From Octopus bimaculoides (Eukaryota), in assembly GCF_001194135.2 (NCBI RefSeq), contig NC_068986.1, positions 48,530,263 to 48,562,847 on the forward strand: DNA of 32,585 nt. Reading direction: 5' to 3'. A program made the position numbers and the translations under genes. Positions 21,640-32,585 of the stretch are shown here, piece after piece. Below the pieces are notes generated by a model. The model made no database searches, had not been told where the DNA came from, and saw nothing but the letters and a program-made list of their open reading frames with translations. Numbering within the stretch: position 1 is the first letter of the stretch; each line of letters opens with the position of its first letter.

Positions 21640-21865
21640 GTTTGTGCTTGCATGTGTGCATGCGTGCGCATTTGTGTGTTTTTCGGTTTGTCTCACATCA
21701 CCACTTAACAATCGTTATTGATTTGTTTATGACCACGGAATTTGGCGGTTCGTCAAAAGAGACTGATAAGCTAAGTACCAGGGTCGATTTATTCGGCTAT
21801 ACCCACCAGGTGGGTATACTTATTTCCGTTCAATGACTGAAATAAGTAGAAGATAAAAGACATGC
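21300..21865 (+). mobile_element. SINE family B, full-length with long (TG)n centre
   Basis: accaaccacatcgtttcgggtttagccccactgtgctgcaccttgggcaa ... gggtcgatttattcg ... aatgactgaaataagt. Confidence 0.8.
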
Positions 21866-22749
21866 AAGGCAGCTGACCTCTGTGAGAAATAACATCATTT
21901 ATAATTACTTACGTAAATAATTATGAACGTACGTATGCATGCTTGTACGTTCCATATATTGATATCCATCACTTTTGAGAGACGCCGACATTTAGCACAA
22001 ATATTTTTGTTTACTTCCTCCTTTATATGAAAATTCCATTTCAGTTCATTAGAATTTCTTAGGGGAGGTGTATTTCATTTTTCTATAGATCGCAGTCTAC
22101 ATTATGTAGTAAAATTCTTTTTTGTTTCTTTGTAATTAACAAACTTTTATTGCAACATTTAAATACAAAGGAACAGGAAAGATGAGAGATAAGAAAAGAA
22201 AAACAGGAGGAAAAGGCGGGGAGGGAAAAGCAGTGGAAGATGAATGGAGGGGGCGATGGGACATTATCTCCTATCTCAACTGTACCCGCGGCAATGACCA
22301 TGGTGGTGTTGCTGCGGATTGGCTATTTGGCCACTTGTACTATTTCTTTGAGTTTGATATTTTTTATGTGGCTCACTATTAGGAACATGTGGAAAATAGA
22401 GAAATTCCTGAGAAAGCGTTGACCAAAAGTGGTCAGTGCTGATTGTAGAGAGTCTGGGATGGGATTAACACAGAATAGAGTGAAGAAACAAGGAGTGGCA
22501 TGTGTATTGGACGGGCTTGCATGTGAATCGAATATACAACAGATACTGAAGATAAGAGACAATTGTATTAACGGCAAAATTTAAAAAGCGCAGAGATTAG
22601 GAGAATACTGATTAGGAGAATACTGGTGAGTTTTAACCTATCAGCTGATTGGTTGCTGAGACTGAACCCGAATCTGCTCACAATAACAAGACAACTGCTA
22701 TATCTGCAATCATATCCAGCAGGATATTTGAATCAATGTTATAAATCTT

Positions 22750-22960
22750 CTATCTTTCATATTTTACTTGTTTCAGCCATTGAACTGTAGCCATGTTTGA
22801 GAAGCGCTTTGAAGGGTTTTAGTTGGTCAAACCGATCCTTGTACTAACTTTTAAATTTGGTACCTATTCTATCGTCCTCCACTGCTGAATAGCTAAATAA
22901 CGGTGATGTAAACAAACCAATACAGAGTCATAAACCTAGACACAAAGACACACACATACA

Positions 22961-23002
<42 letters not shown>

Positions 23003-23165
23003 CACATATACATATACGAACATATGCAGTACAGTTTCCGTCTAACAAAACCACGAGGCATTATTCGGCCTAGGGTTATAATAAAAGACATTTGCCCAAA
23101 GTGCTGTGCAGCGGGACTGAACTTGAAACCACGTGGATTCAAAGCGATCTTCATAACCACAAAGC
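22750..23165 (-). mobile_element. SINE family B, full degraded minus-strand copy
   Basis: 3' half, (CA)n centre and 5' half (cagtttccgtcta-caaa...cgggactgaac...cataaccacaaagcc) are collinear with the other copies. Confidence 0.7.
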
Positions 23166-23320
23166 CCGACGAAAACGACTATAAACGCCAAGTTGATTTC
23201 ATTTCAATTTTGAATTTAGCATTTTCTAACAGAATTAAGGATGCCAAAAAAAAAAAAAAGACTATATACAAATGCGGAAGCAAAATATCTTATTTAATAG
23301 ACATAAAAAGCTACCATGAC

Positions 23321-24016
23321 GGATCTTTTTTAAAACGGGGGCCACATTTTTCATTAACGAAACACTTTGAAACTTGGAACACTGGTAGAATGTGTCATAT
23401 AAAACATCTTTTTCTCTTAGTCTTCTTAAAAAAAAAAAGAAATCCATAAGTTATTCCATGTTAAAGTTGTCGTATTTCTGTAATTTCAACCAATCACTGA
23501 CGTCCATTCAGCCGATATACATTAAGTGCCGACGACATAAACAAACGATTCTGAAACAATTAACCCTAACCCTAACCCTAACCCTAACCCTNNNNNNNNN
23601 NNNNNNNNNNNNNNNNNNNNNNNNNNNNNNNNNNNNNNNNNNNNNNNNNNNNNNNNNNNNNNNNNNNNNNNNNNNNNNNNNNNNNNNNNNNNNNNNNNNN
23701 NNNNNNNNNNNNNNNNNNNNGTTTAAAGCAAATTTAAAATGAAAAAAGTAAATAAAACGAAGGTATGGAGATTAAATACGCTTTACATCGCTTAATCAGC
23801 CAAAGGAGTAAATGTAAACAACTGAATACTTGTCAGTGATTGGTTGAAATTATCGAAATAAGACAATGTTTTACATGAAATAAATTCGAATACAAAAATA
23901 TTTTTCTGTTCTATAACACAAAATAGATAAGTATACGAAGTTTGAAAGTCTTTCCGTACCAAAAACACTACGTAAAACATTAATGAAAAATGTGGCCCCC
24001 GTTTTAAAATAGATCC
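23321..24016. mobile_element. Non-autonomous DNA transposon (MITE) with GG-initiated 37-bp TIRs and 8-bp TSD, Merlin-like
   Basis: Left TIR 23321-23357 and right TIR 23980-24016 match at 36/37 positions (GGATCT[T/A]TTTTAAAACGGGGGCCACATTTTTCATTAA). Flanks accatgac (23313-23320) and accacgac (24017-24024) match 7/8. GG ends with 8-9-bp TSD are characteristic of Merlin. Confidence 0.8.
23561..23591 (-). repeat. Interstitial telomeric repeat (TTAGGG)n, at least 5 units, running into an N gap
   Basis: (TAACCC)5 read directly, then Ns 23592-23720. Confidence 0.9.
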
Positions 24017-24393
24017 ACCACGACTTCACAGTTTTGCCGACAATGTCTGATTAGGCAGTCACTTGTAAAACTCCAAAAGCGCAGTCAATTTGTATTTTAG
24101 TCTAAGAAATTATTTCATTTCATATAATACAAGAGAAAACTCACGACTGTGATTGCTTACAAGGTAGTCTCAGCATCTCCTTCATTATCTTTAAAATATT
24201 TTATTATACTCCTAACACCCAATGGCAATCGTACGAATTTGTACTTAAAATTACGTAAAACATACTTTGAAAGAGTGTCTTTAAAAAAACCCCAGAAAAA
24301 CTTATATATTAGTGTTATGCGTAAAAAGAAATTACATGTGACAACAATTTTAAAAATATATATCTTTAAAATATGTCGTGATAGTAATAATAG

Positions 24394-24985
24394 TCCTTTC
24401 TATTATAGGCACAAGGCCTGAAATTTGGTGGGAGGAGACAAGTCAACTACATCGATTCCAATGTTCAACTGGTACTTAAATCATCGACCCTGAGAGGATG
24501 AGGTGCAAGAACGACCTCGGCGGAATTTTATCTCAGAACGTAGCAACGGGCGAAAGTACGACAAAGCATTTCGTCTAGCGTGCGAACGACTCTGCCAGCT
24601 TGTAGCCTTTATAATGATAATAATAGTAATCCTTTCTACTGGAGGCTCAAGGCCTCAAATTTGTTGGGAGGAGATAAGTCGATTACATTGTCCTCAGTGT
24701 TTCGCTGCTATCTAATTTATCGACCCCGAAAGGCAAAGTCAGACTCGGTGTAATTTGAACTCAGGACATAAAGACGAAGAAATATCACTGAGTATTGTGT
24801 CTGGAGCGGTAATGATTCTGCCAGCTCACTGCCTCAATAATCCTTTCTATTATAGGCACAAGGCCCTAATTATGGTGGCGGGGGTGAGGTTAATTGATTA
24901 AGTCGAAGATGAACATAGATAGTAAAGACGGACGAAACACAGCTAAGCATTTTGTCCGGCGTGCAAACGATTCTGTCTGCTAGCT
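24394..24985 (-). mobile_element. Three head-to-tail SINE family A copies (24394-24608, 24630-24834, 24841-24985; the last internally deleted)
   Basis: Each starts on + with tcctttcta-t--aggc-caaggcc and ends with gattctgccagct-like sequence. Short (TAA)n-like tracts separate them. Confidence 0.8.
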
Positions 24986-24987
24986 GT

Positions 24988-25046
<59 letters not shown>

Positions 25047-25069
25047 TAATAATAATAATAATAATAAAT

Positions 25070-25630
25070 TCCTTTATGCAGCACGAGGCAGTGGCTTCCA
25101 TGGCGTCTCATCTTAACGGATTGGAAGTGTTATCATGTACGTTATTTTGTCTTGATATAAAAGATGGGCTAGAACAAATATTCTGCTCAATACCACAGAT
25201 TTGCTTTTCGGCTGTTTGACCTTAACCAGTTGAGCATGTCTCTTAGTGGCTGACGATATGTGCATCTCTGATCACAAGCAAGAAGTAGTGGGGGAGCATT
25301 ATAGCCATGTGTTGAGAGGAATTCTTTAGGGCTTGGATAATTCACCTTTGGAAACATGGATGTTTCGTTCAACATCCTAAAGCAATTTTTATTCAGGGAC
25401 TGTTTGAGCGGGATTGGCTACTCGATCTGAAGAAAATTCTAACTGGGCCCCACCTGCTAGGTCATGCGCAATTAATCTTGATATGAGGTAACCATGTCGA
25501 GCGCCCACTTTTTGTTGTGATGCATGTGCCTGGTGTACCACTATCAGATGGGTAGTCATGATGGGTATATTGGGCTTCGTATATTTTACCCCAGTGTCAC
25601 TTTGGTGTCATGCACTGCTCTCTCATTCAA
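25070..25630 (-). mobile_element. About 560-bp non-coding interspersed element bounded by (AAT)n on both sides, class unknown
   Basis: Sharp transitions from (AAT)n into complex, GC-richer sequence and back. No TIRs, Pol III boxes or recognisable ORF. I recall similar sequence as a common octopus repeat; not verified. Confidence 0.5.
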
Positions 25631-25642
25631 TAATAACAATAA

Positions 25643-25903
25643 GCAGAAACAATTTCTATTATAGTGGGCGTATTAGATATGATAACAAAAACATTCAGAC
25701 AAATACATAACAAAAACACTAGGACTTATAAGTATATACAACATACAGAAAATAACTATACTAGACTCCGCACACGTCCTACGTAAACCACTTTCAATAC
25801 AGTGAAAATAAGAGCACCACGACTAACTACAGTACAAACCCAAGGCACATAGAGCTGCTCTCGGTAGTGCAGTGAAAGCACGTGTTAGAAATAAGACTAC
25901 TGA
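25643..25903 (+). mobile_element. 5'-truncated 3' end of an R4/Dong-clade non-LTR retrotransposon
   Basis: AETISIIVGVLDMITK, frameshift, then SDKYITKTLGLISIYNIQKITILDSAHVLRKPLSIQ* (TGA 25803-25805). This matches the C-terminal P-IVGALG...IQK--LLGTAHILRK motif of RLE-type R4/Dong ORFs. Flanked by (AAT)n upstream and (TAC)n(TAA)n downstream. Confidence 0.7.
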
Positions 25904-25904
25904 A

Positions 25905-25997
<93 letters not shown>

Positions 25998-25998
<1 letters not shown>

Positions 25999-26190
25999 CC
26001 TGGTGATTTGGAGAAGGAGCTAGTCGATTACATCGATCGAGGAGTTTAACTTGTATACATTTTATTGACCCCGAAGGTTAAAAGGTCAAGTCGACCTTCG
26101 CAGAATTTCAACTCAGAATGTCTTGTAAAAATTGTCTCTATGTATATTCTCAGGAGTGCTAACGACTTTATCAACTCGCTACCTAATCAC
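25998..26190 (-). mobile_element. SINE family A, degraded
   Basis: gtcgattacatcga ... ttgaccccgaagg ... gtcgacct ... aactcagaa ... gctaacgact. Confidence 0.65.
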
Positions 26191-26419
26191 CATGATGATC
26201 ATCATCATCATTATCAACAACAACAACAACAATATATTTAATAATCAGAGTCAGCATTACAGGAGTGCTGTTAAATTTATTACAAATTGATTTCATGAGG
26301 TGTTGAAATCTACGTCGCACCGCTGCGACCTAGTCACTGGTACAACTCCATTGCAACCTATCAAGTCACGTGCTCAAACAGCCAAACGCAGCGACATTAA
26401 AAGAAGAACATGTAGCGAG

Positions 26420-27370
26420 AAGGACAATTATAACAACAATAACAACAACAATAACAACAACAACAACAGCAACAATCTCGATAATAAGGAAAATAGCGGC
26501 AGCAACAGAAGCAGCACCAGCAACAGCAACAACAACTGCAACAACATTACCAACTTCCAGCAATACCAGCTGCAGCTCCACCACCAACACAGCCACTACC
26601 ACAACCACCACATAGCCGCCACCACTAGCAACACAACCACCACAACCACCACCATTACGACGACCACAATCACCAACGCAACTACAAGTACCACCATCAC
26701 CATCGCCACCACATCAACCACAACCAACACCAATACCTTCAGCATGACAACTACCACCAACACTACCACGAACACAACCACTACCAACACAACCACTACC
26801 ACGAACACAACCACTACCACCGCCACCACAATCACCAACACAACTACAAGTACCACCAATACCATCACCACCACATCTACCACAACCAACACCAATACCT
26901 TCAGCATGACAACTACCACCACCAACAACAACTACCACCACCCACACAACCACTACCAACACAACCACCACCACCACCACCACCAGTATCAACACCACAA
27001 TCACCAACAGCACTACATGTACCACCAATACCATCACCACCACATCTACCACCACCAACATAACAACTACCACCACCACCACCACCACCACCACAACCAC
27101 CACCACAACCAGCACTACCACAATGATCGCAAGCCAACACAAACGCCACGAACACAATCACCGTCGCCATCAAAGACAACACGAGTGACAACAGCAACAA
27201 CAGCAACAACAACAATAACAATCACAACGATAAAAATAATATCACCACAACAGCATCATCATCATCGCTGTAACAACAATCGTAAGAACGACAAAAACAA
27301 CAGCAGTAAGAAGAACAAGGCCAATAACGACACGAACATCAATGAGAAGAATAACAAAAGTGCAAAGCAA
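26420..27370. repeat. Long degenerate (AAC/ACC)n trinucleotide array with internal higher-order duplications
   Basis: Low-complexity composition; ccaataccttcagcatgacaactaccacc occurs exactly at 26730-26758 and 26892-26920. Confidence 0.9.
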
Positions 27371-27697
27371 TAGAATAGTAAGTGGGAGTCAGTGAAAGGG
27401 TAAAATGGATTAGTTGAAGTGTCTTCTTGGAAGATGTGTCAGTAAACTTTAGAGTCACTCCGCTGTCTTCTGTCTTCGTTCTTTAAAAGCCTCTTCAATA
27501 CGCACAAATATACACATATACGCAAGCACATATACACGTGTACGTACGTACATGTATATATGTGTGCGTATACGAGCATGCACAAATATCATGCCTGCCC
27601 ATATACAATGACATCCACGCATGAGCGCACTAATACACACATACAAAAGATTCATTCAGAAAGGAATTGTATGCATGTATGTATGTGTGTGTGTATG

Positions 27698-27758
<61 letters not shown>

Positions 27759-28112
27759 NNNNNNNNNNNNNNNNNNNNNNNNNNNNNNNNNNNNNNNNNN
27801 NNNNNNNNNNNNNNNNNNNNNNNNNNNNNNNNNNNNNNNNNNNNNNNNNNNNNNNNNNNNNNNNNNNNNNNNNNNNNNNNNNNNNNNNNNNNNNNNNNNN
27901 NNNNNNNNNNNNNNNNNNNNNNNNNNNNNNNNNNNNNNNNNNNNNNNNNNNNNNNNNNNNNNNNNNNNNNNNNNNNNNNNNNNNNNNNNNNNNNNNNNNN
28001 NNNNNNNNNNNNNNNNNNNNNNNNNNNNNNNNNNNNNNNNNNNNNNNNNNNNNNNNNNNNNTATATATATACATATATATGCATATATATATATATGTAT
28101 ACACACACACAC

Positions 28113-28182
<70 letters not shown>

Positions 28183-28202
28183 AGATAGATAGATAGATAG
28201 AC

Positions 28203-28235
<33 letters not shown>

Positions 28236-28483
28236 TAGATTAGAGACAGAACTAACGTCTTGCAGGTGATTGTGCCCTCTTTTCTATGTCTTTGTGTCTA
28301 CTTGTATACTAAATCTCTCTCCCCCTCTCCCCTTTCCCTCTCTCGCCCTTTCTTTCTCCCTATCTTTCCCTATTCATACGTGTGAGTGTAAATATTTTTT
28401 ATATAAATATATATAATACATAACTATACATACAGTATATATATATATGTGTGTGTGTATGTGTGTATAAAGCGATAAAACGT

Positions 28484-28535
<52 letters not shown>

Positions 28536-29003
28536 AAGTGTTAGCCTTAGAAAACATTTTGGACGAAAACCGAAAAAGAAATGTCATGCATGTTCTTAAG
28601 AGTTTCCACAACGTTAAATGTATATCTTATTTGATAGAAATGCGTCTTCTTTACAGGAATTAACTTCTTTCGAAACAACAACCTCATAGCCTTCAATGAC
28701 ATCCGTCTTAACTATTCATCACCAAAACAGAACGTCCTGTACTATTCTAATATTTAAACACATGTATTTTTCTCTCTCCCTTTTTCTCTCGCTCTCTCTT
28801 AAGCAGTTTTTCTTATTTCTCAGTCTCTCTTTCCATCTCTCCCTCTCTCTTACTCAGTCTCATTTATCTCTCTGTTCTTGACCAACATGGGAAAGTGTCA
28901 GAACAATATCGTTTATTTTAACTGAGTTAAAGCCACATACTGATTAAAAGTGTATCAGAGGTTTTAGCAATGTTGGTGTGTTGTCAATATTGTAACAGTT
29001 ACG

Positions 29004-29645
29004 AAGGCGGCGAGCTGGCAGAAACGTTAGGACGCCGGGCGAAGTGCTTAGCGGCATTTCGTCTCTTATTACGTTCTGAGTTCAAATTCCGCCGAGGTCG
29101 ACTTTGCCTTTCACCCTTTCGGGGTCGATAAATTAAGTACCAGTTGCGTATTGGGGTCGATCTAATCGACTGACCTCCTCCCCCAAAATTTCGGGCCTTG
29201 TGTCTAAATTATTAAAGAATATTGTAACAGTTATAAAGACTGCGATATGTGGGAATCGTTAGCACGCCGGACAAAATATTTAGCAGTATTTCGCCCGTCT
29301 TTGTGTTCTGAGTTCAAATTCCTCCGAGGTTCACTTTGCCTTTCATCTTTTTGGGTTAATAAAATAAATACCAGTTGATGTAATCTACTTACCTACTGCC
29401 CCCAATTTGCTGGCCCTGTGCCAAAATTTTAACCTAATATTGTAAGTTATAAGGCGGCGAGCGGGCAGATTTGTTAGCATGCCAACTAAAATTTATGTTC
29501 TGAGTTGAAATTCCACCACGGTTAACTTTGCCTTTCATCCTTTCGAGACCGATGAAAAAGTACCAGTTGAGCACTAGGATCGATGTAATCGACTTACTCC
29601 TGTCTCGAAGTTACTGGTCCTGTGCCGAAATTTGAAACCAATACT
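29004..29645 (+). mobile_element. Three tandem SINE family A copies (about 29004-29215, 29235-29433, 29451-29640)
   Basis: Copy 1 head aaggcggcgagctggcagaa, B box gagttcaaattcc (29078-29090). The same modules recur in copies 2 and 3. Confidence 0.9.
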
Positions 29646-30279
29646 GTAACAGTTATAGTTTAACAACAAGCCAAGATCTTACCATGCAAGACTATGATCA
29701 ATGCCAATTTAGCCTTGCTCCATTCATTATTTTTAAATACCAGTACCTACTTTGTCCAAAAGTATTATTTTTTTACTTAAAAATCTTACAATGCAATTTG
29801 AGGAAGATTTGTCTTTGTCATGCGGTTTCGTTTAATGTAAGTTATTAAGCGAAGCGACACAACGGACATCTAAGTGTGCTGTGGATGTTTGAAATATATA
29901 ATTTAAGGCTTTAGGAAATCTTTTCAAATGCCTAAGTGACATGAAAAATATGTTATTGATAAAATGATATTGTGATTTTCCTGAAGTATTGCAATGTGTA
30001 AATGGCATACTTATTTTAAAGTAACCTTCAAGTGATGCAATTGTGAAATCAAGCAAAATATGTAAGGTGATGCTAATACATAACAAAAAGGACAATATAT
30101 TGTATCGTCTTACATAGTTGGTGAAAGTAATGCAAGGCAAATTTTTTAGTGTTGACTACAGAATAAGCAAACCCTCTTACTTTTTTTTATTGTCGCCTAG
30201 TTAAATCTGACAGAGCTAGGATTCTGTCCTCACCAAATTTTAAAATGTCTAATGTATTTCAATTCATCAGTGTAATTTT

Positions 30280-31370
30280 CAGCAGAAAACTACATCAACA
30301 AAGGGAAATACATCAGAGTGTTCTCTAGTTCCCAAAAGAGCAACTTCGCTGACTTTGATTGTCACCCTTCAACCCCTCACGTTGTAACCAAGCACATTTT
30401 TGATAAAACTGAACCTCTTTTCCTTTCAGCGATCAGCAGTAAGGCTTTCTGTAGGCCAAATCTACCAGTGACTTTCTTGACTATCTTACACAAACCATTG
30501 ATCTCCTGTATGAGAATTCAAGAAAAGCAAAGCTGTAATACTTGATTTCATCGTAACCTTCCACTTCATTTAGCATAGAAAGCTCTTGCATATATTTGTC
30601 ATCCCTCACTTCTGATCTGATGTTTTCTGTCATAACTTAGTTTATGCTGTCTGTATCATCCATATTATATCCAGTCAGGCGTTCACCTTTATTCACTTAC
30701 GATTTCTACTGTTCCTTCCGTACATTAATCATTTGCTTGCTGTTACTTCTAACAACACATGCTCCTATACAGATCACGTCACCCTTCATTTATATTAACT
30801 TGGTGCACACCGGCGTCAATCTGTACAACATAGACACGTCACTACTTTTCAGAAGAGAATTAGTAAACATCATCTCTTTGAGATATACATAATATTAGTT
30901 TCTATTAGCAAACCAAAAACACTAGCTTCTTTAGAACCAAGAAATACATCAGTTCCATTAAAATGCTGTTCGTATTAGAACATTGCTCATATGCCTAGCA
31001 ACGTGCTGTTGCCAAACAAATAAGCATCTTAGACGGTTCTCTGAAGATTAGCCAATTTAATACTAAAGATCAACTCAATGAAAAATGATAAAGCTCACAG
31101 ACACTGTTTCTTTGTTACTCTTATATCGCTACTTCAGCAACTTTTCTGTACTAAATATCCATTTTCATCCAAGTTCTCTCAAAATATGCAACTGTTTCAC
31201 TCTTGTCATTTCAAGGATCTCTCATCCTCCAGGACTTACTCTAAACATTGTGATTAATCATGTCTAACATAAGTTGACCTCTCTCGAGAAATTCTGTCAC
31301 TGCTCAAATGTTTTCAAAAGATACTGACCCATAGCAGTTAAAGTTTAACTACATTGGACATCAGCTGCAT
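30280..31370 (+). mobile_element. Decayed CR1/L2/Jockey-group LINE reverse transcriptase and C-terminus
   Basis: Ordered RT motifs across stops and frameshifts: LVPK (about 30325); SDQQ*GFL*AKSTSDFL (30428-, cf. SD-QYGFR--RST-D-L); AVILDF...HRKLL (about 30532-30580); SGV; LPYINHLLAVTSNNTCSYTDH (YADD site at 30766-30777); LLYRYF (about 31120). Confidence 0.8.
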
Positions 31371-31917
31371 CGATCTCATTATTTTATGACCCAACCATCG
31401 TTTACCTGACACAAGGGTAATCAAATATATCTTTATTAACGTGTGATTTAAGGGAAATTTAAGTGCTACTTCTTGCAGGGTCGAGCAGCCATGTACTGCC
31501 CCTCACGTCTCTTGTTGTTTTCATTGTAATTAGAAATATCTGGCTCTAGCTTAACTCAACTAGAGCGAAGAAGACATTCCATCAATGGCCGTCTGGCCTT
31601 CTATTTCACTCATCATTTATCTGGCATAACAGGTATTGTTGATGATGTTGGAGGTAGTGTTGATTTTGATAATATTAAACGTGCTAATTTTGTCGATTAG
31701 CCCCAAATCAGCCCTAATCTAGTTGATCAATAATAAAAGGCATTGCACACGTGAGAATCTCGTCTTAATCATTGTTATTGTTTAACCTCATATAAAATGC
31801 ATTTCATCGATGACCTTCCCGTTCGATTTGAGATTAGTTGATTCGTCCTCATTTTTCAGAGACTACTGAAAAACCCGGTTAGACACCTAACTCTCTTTTC
31901 CCTCTCTGCCTTTCTCA

Positions 31918-31959
<42 letters not shown>

Positions 31960-32062
31960 GTATATATAAGCATGTATGTACGCATGTAAGTGTGTGAGTG
32001 TGTGTGTGTGGGTGTGTGTGTGTGTGTGTCTGTGTGCGTGTGTATGTGCGCATGTGTATAAA

Positions 32063-32120
32063 GGCGCGTGGCTTAGTGGCCAGGGCCTTGCACTTCCGAT
32101 CGCAAAATTGTGGTGTTGAT
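32063..32120 (+). mobile_element. Truncated tRNA-like SINE head
   Basis: ggcgcgtggcttagtggccaggg A-box-like start, similar to the family C head; body missing. Confidence 0.4.
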
Positions 32121-32531
32121 ATATATATCTGCAATATATAATGTAAGAATATAAAGCAAAAGTAACAAAAACAAATTATAAGCCTTGGTCTGTCCTCCCC
32201 GCCTTTTCTATCTCCTAGCAAATGCTCTTTCTCTCTGAAAGCAACTGTAGGTGGCGGCACCAACAGTCGCCGTCAAAATTCCCATGTGCATGCTATATAT
32301 ATATATGCAATATGTTAGTATGTACATTTGCTAGTTACAAGAAATACGCATACGATATGTTTAACCTTCAGTTCGGTTCTTATATCACAGCTTTAGCTCA
32401 AGTCATTTTGTTTAAAATTGCTTATAATTTACACAGGAAACTAATTAATCGTACTCTAACCTTTGCGAAACCTTGTCTACTTATATGCGTATATCGTAAA
32501 CAATTAACAGGTAAAGAATAAACATGTAATT

Positions 32532-32585
<54 letters not shown>

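Noticed and set aside
23561-23720. True chromosome end
   Set aside because: The tract lies between matching TIRs and TSD with ordinary sequence on both sides.
25245-25295. Hammerhead ribozyme core (CTGACGA...GAAG)
   Set aside because: No GAAA and no convincing stems I/III; left for an Infernal search.
26300-27373. 357-aa ORF rich in Thr/His/Asn
   Set aside because: Translation of an (AAC/ACC)n array that lacks stops by composition; non-ATG start, no domain.
28986-29656. CRISPR-like repeat-spacer array
   Set aside because: Eukaryotic context, no cas genes, and the intervening units are homologous 200-bp SINEs rather than unique spacers.

Overview
AT-rich, microsatellite-saturated animal genomic DNA with seven N gaps. 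The repeat families and TTAGGG repeats suggest a cephalopod (octopus-like) draft scaffold; this is an inference. Nearly all ORFs in the supplied track are artefacts of simple repeats or N runs. Supportable content: (1) the probable 3' end of an unidentified + strand gene at about 0.6-1.8 kb, with two phase-compatible exons, a stop and AATAAA; (2) many tRNA-like SINEs of at least three families, including a nested opposite-strand pair and two triple arrays; (3) decayed coding remnants of a PHD-bearing pogo-like transposase, an RTE-type RT, a CR1/L2-type RT and an R4/Dong-type LINE 3' end; (4) two MITEs, one with 37-bp TIRs, an 8-bp TSD and internal telomeric repeats; (5) several non-repetitive exon-like islands whose strand and identity I could not resolve, one weakly MAM-like. 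I found no clear intact novel multi-gene system. The most interesting signals are in transposon architecture and the unidentified exons.
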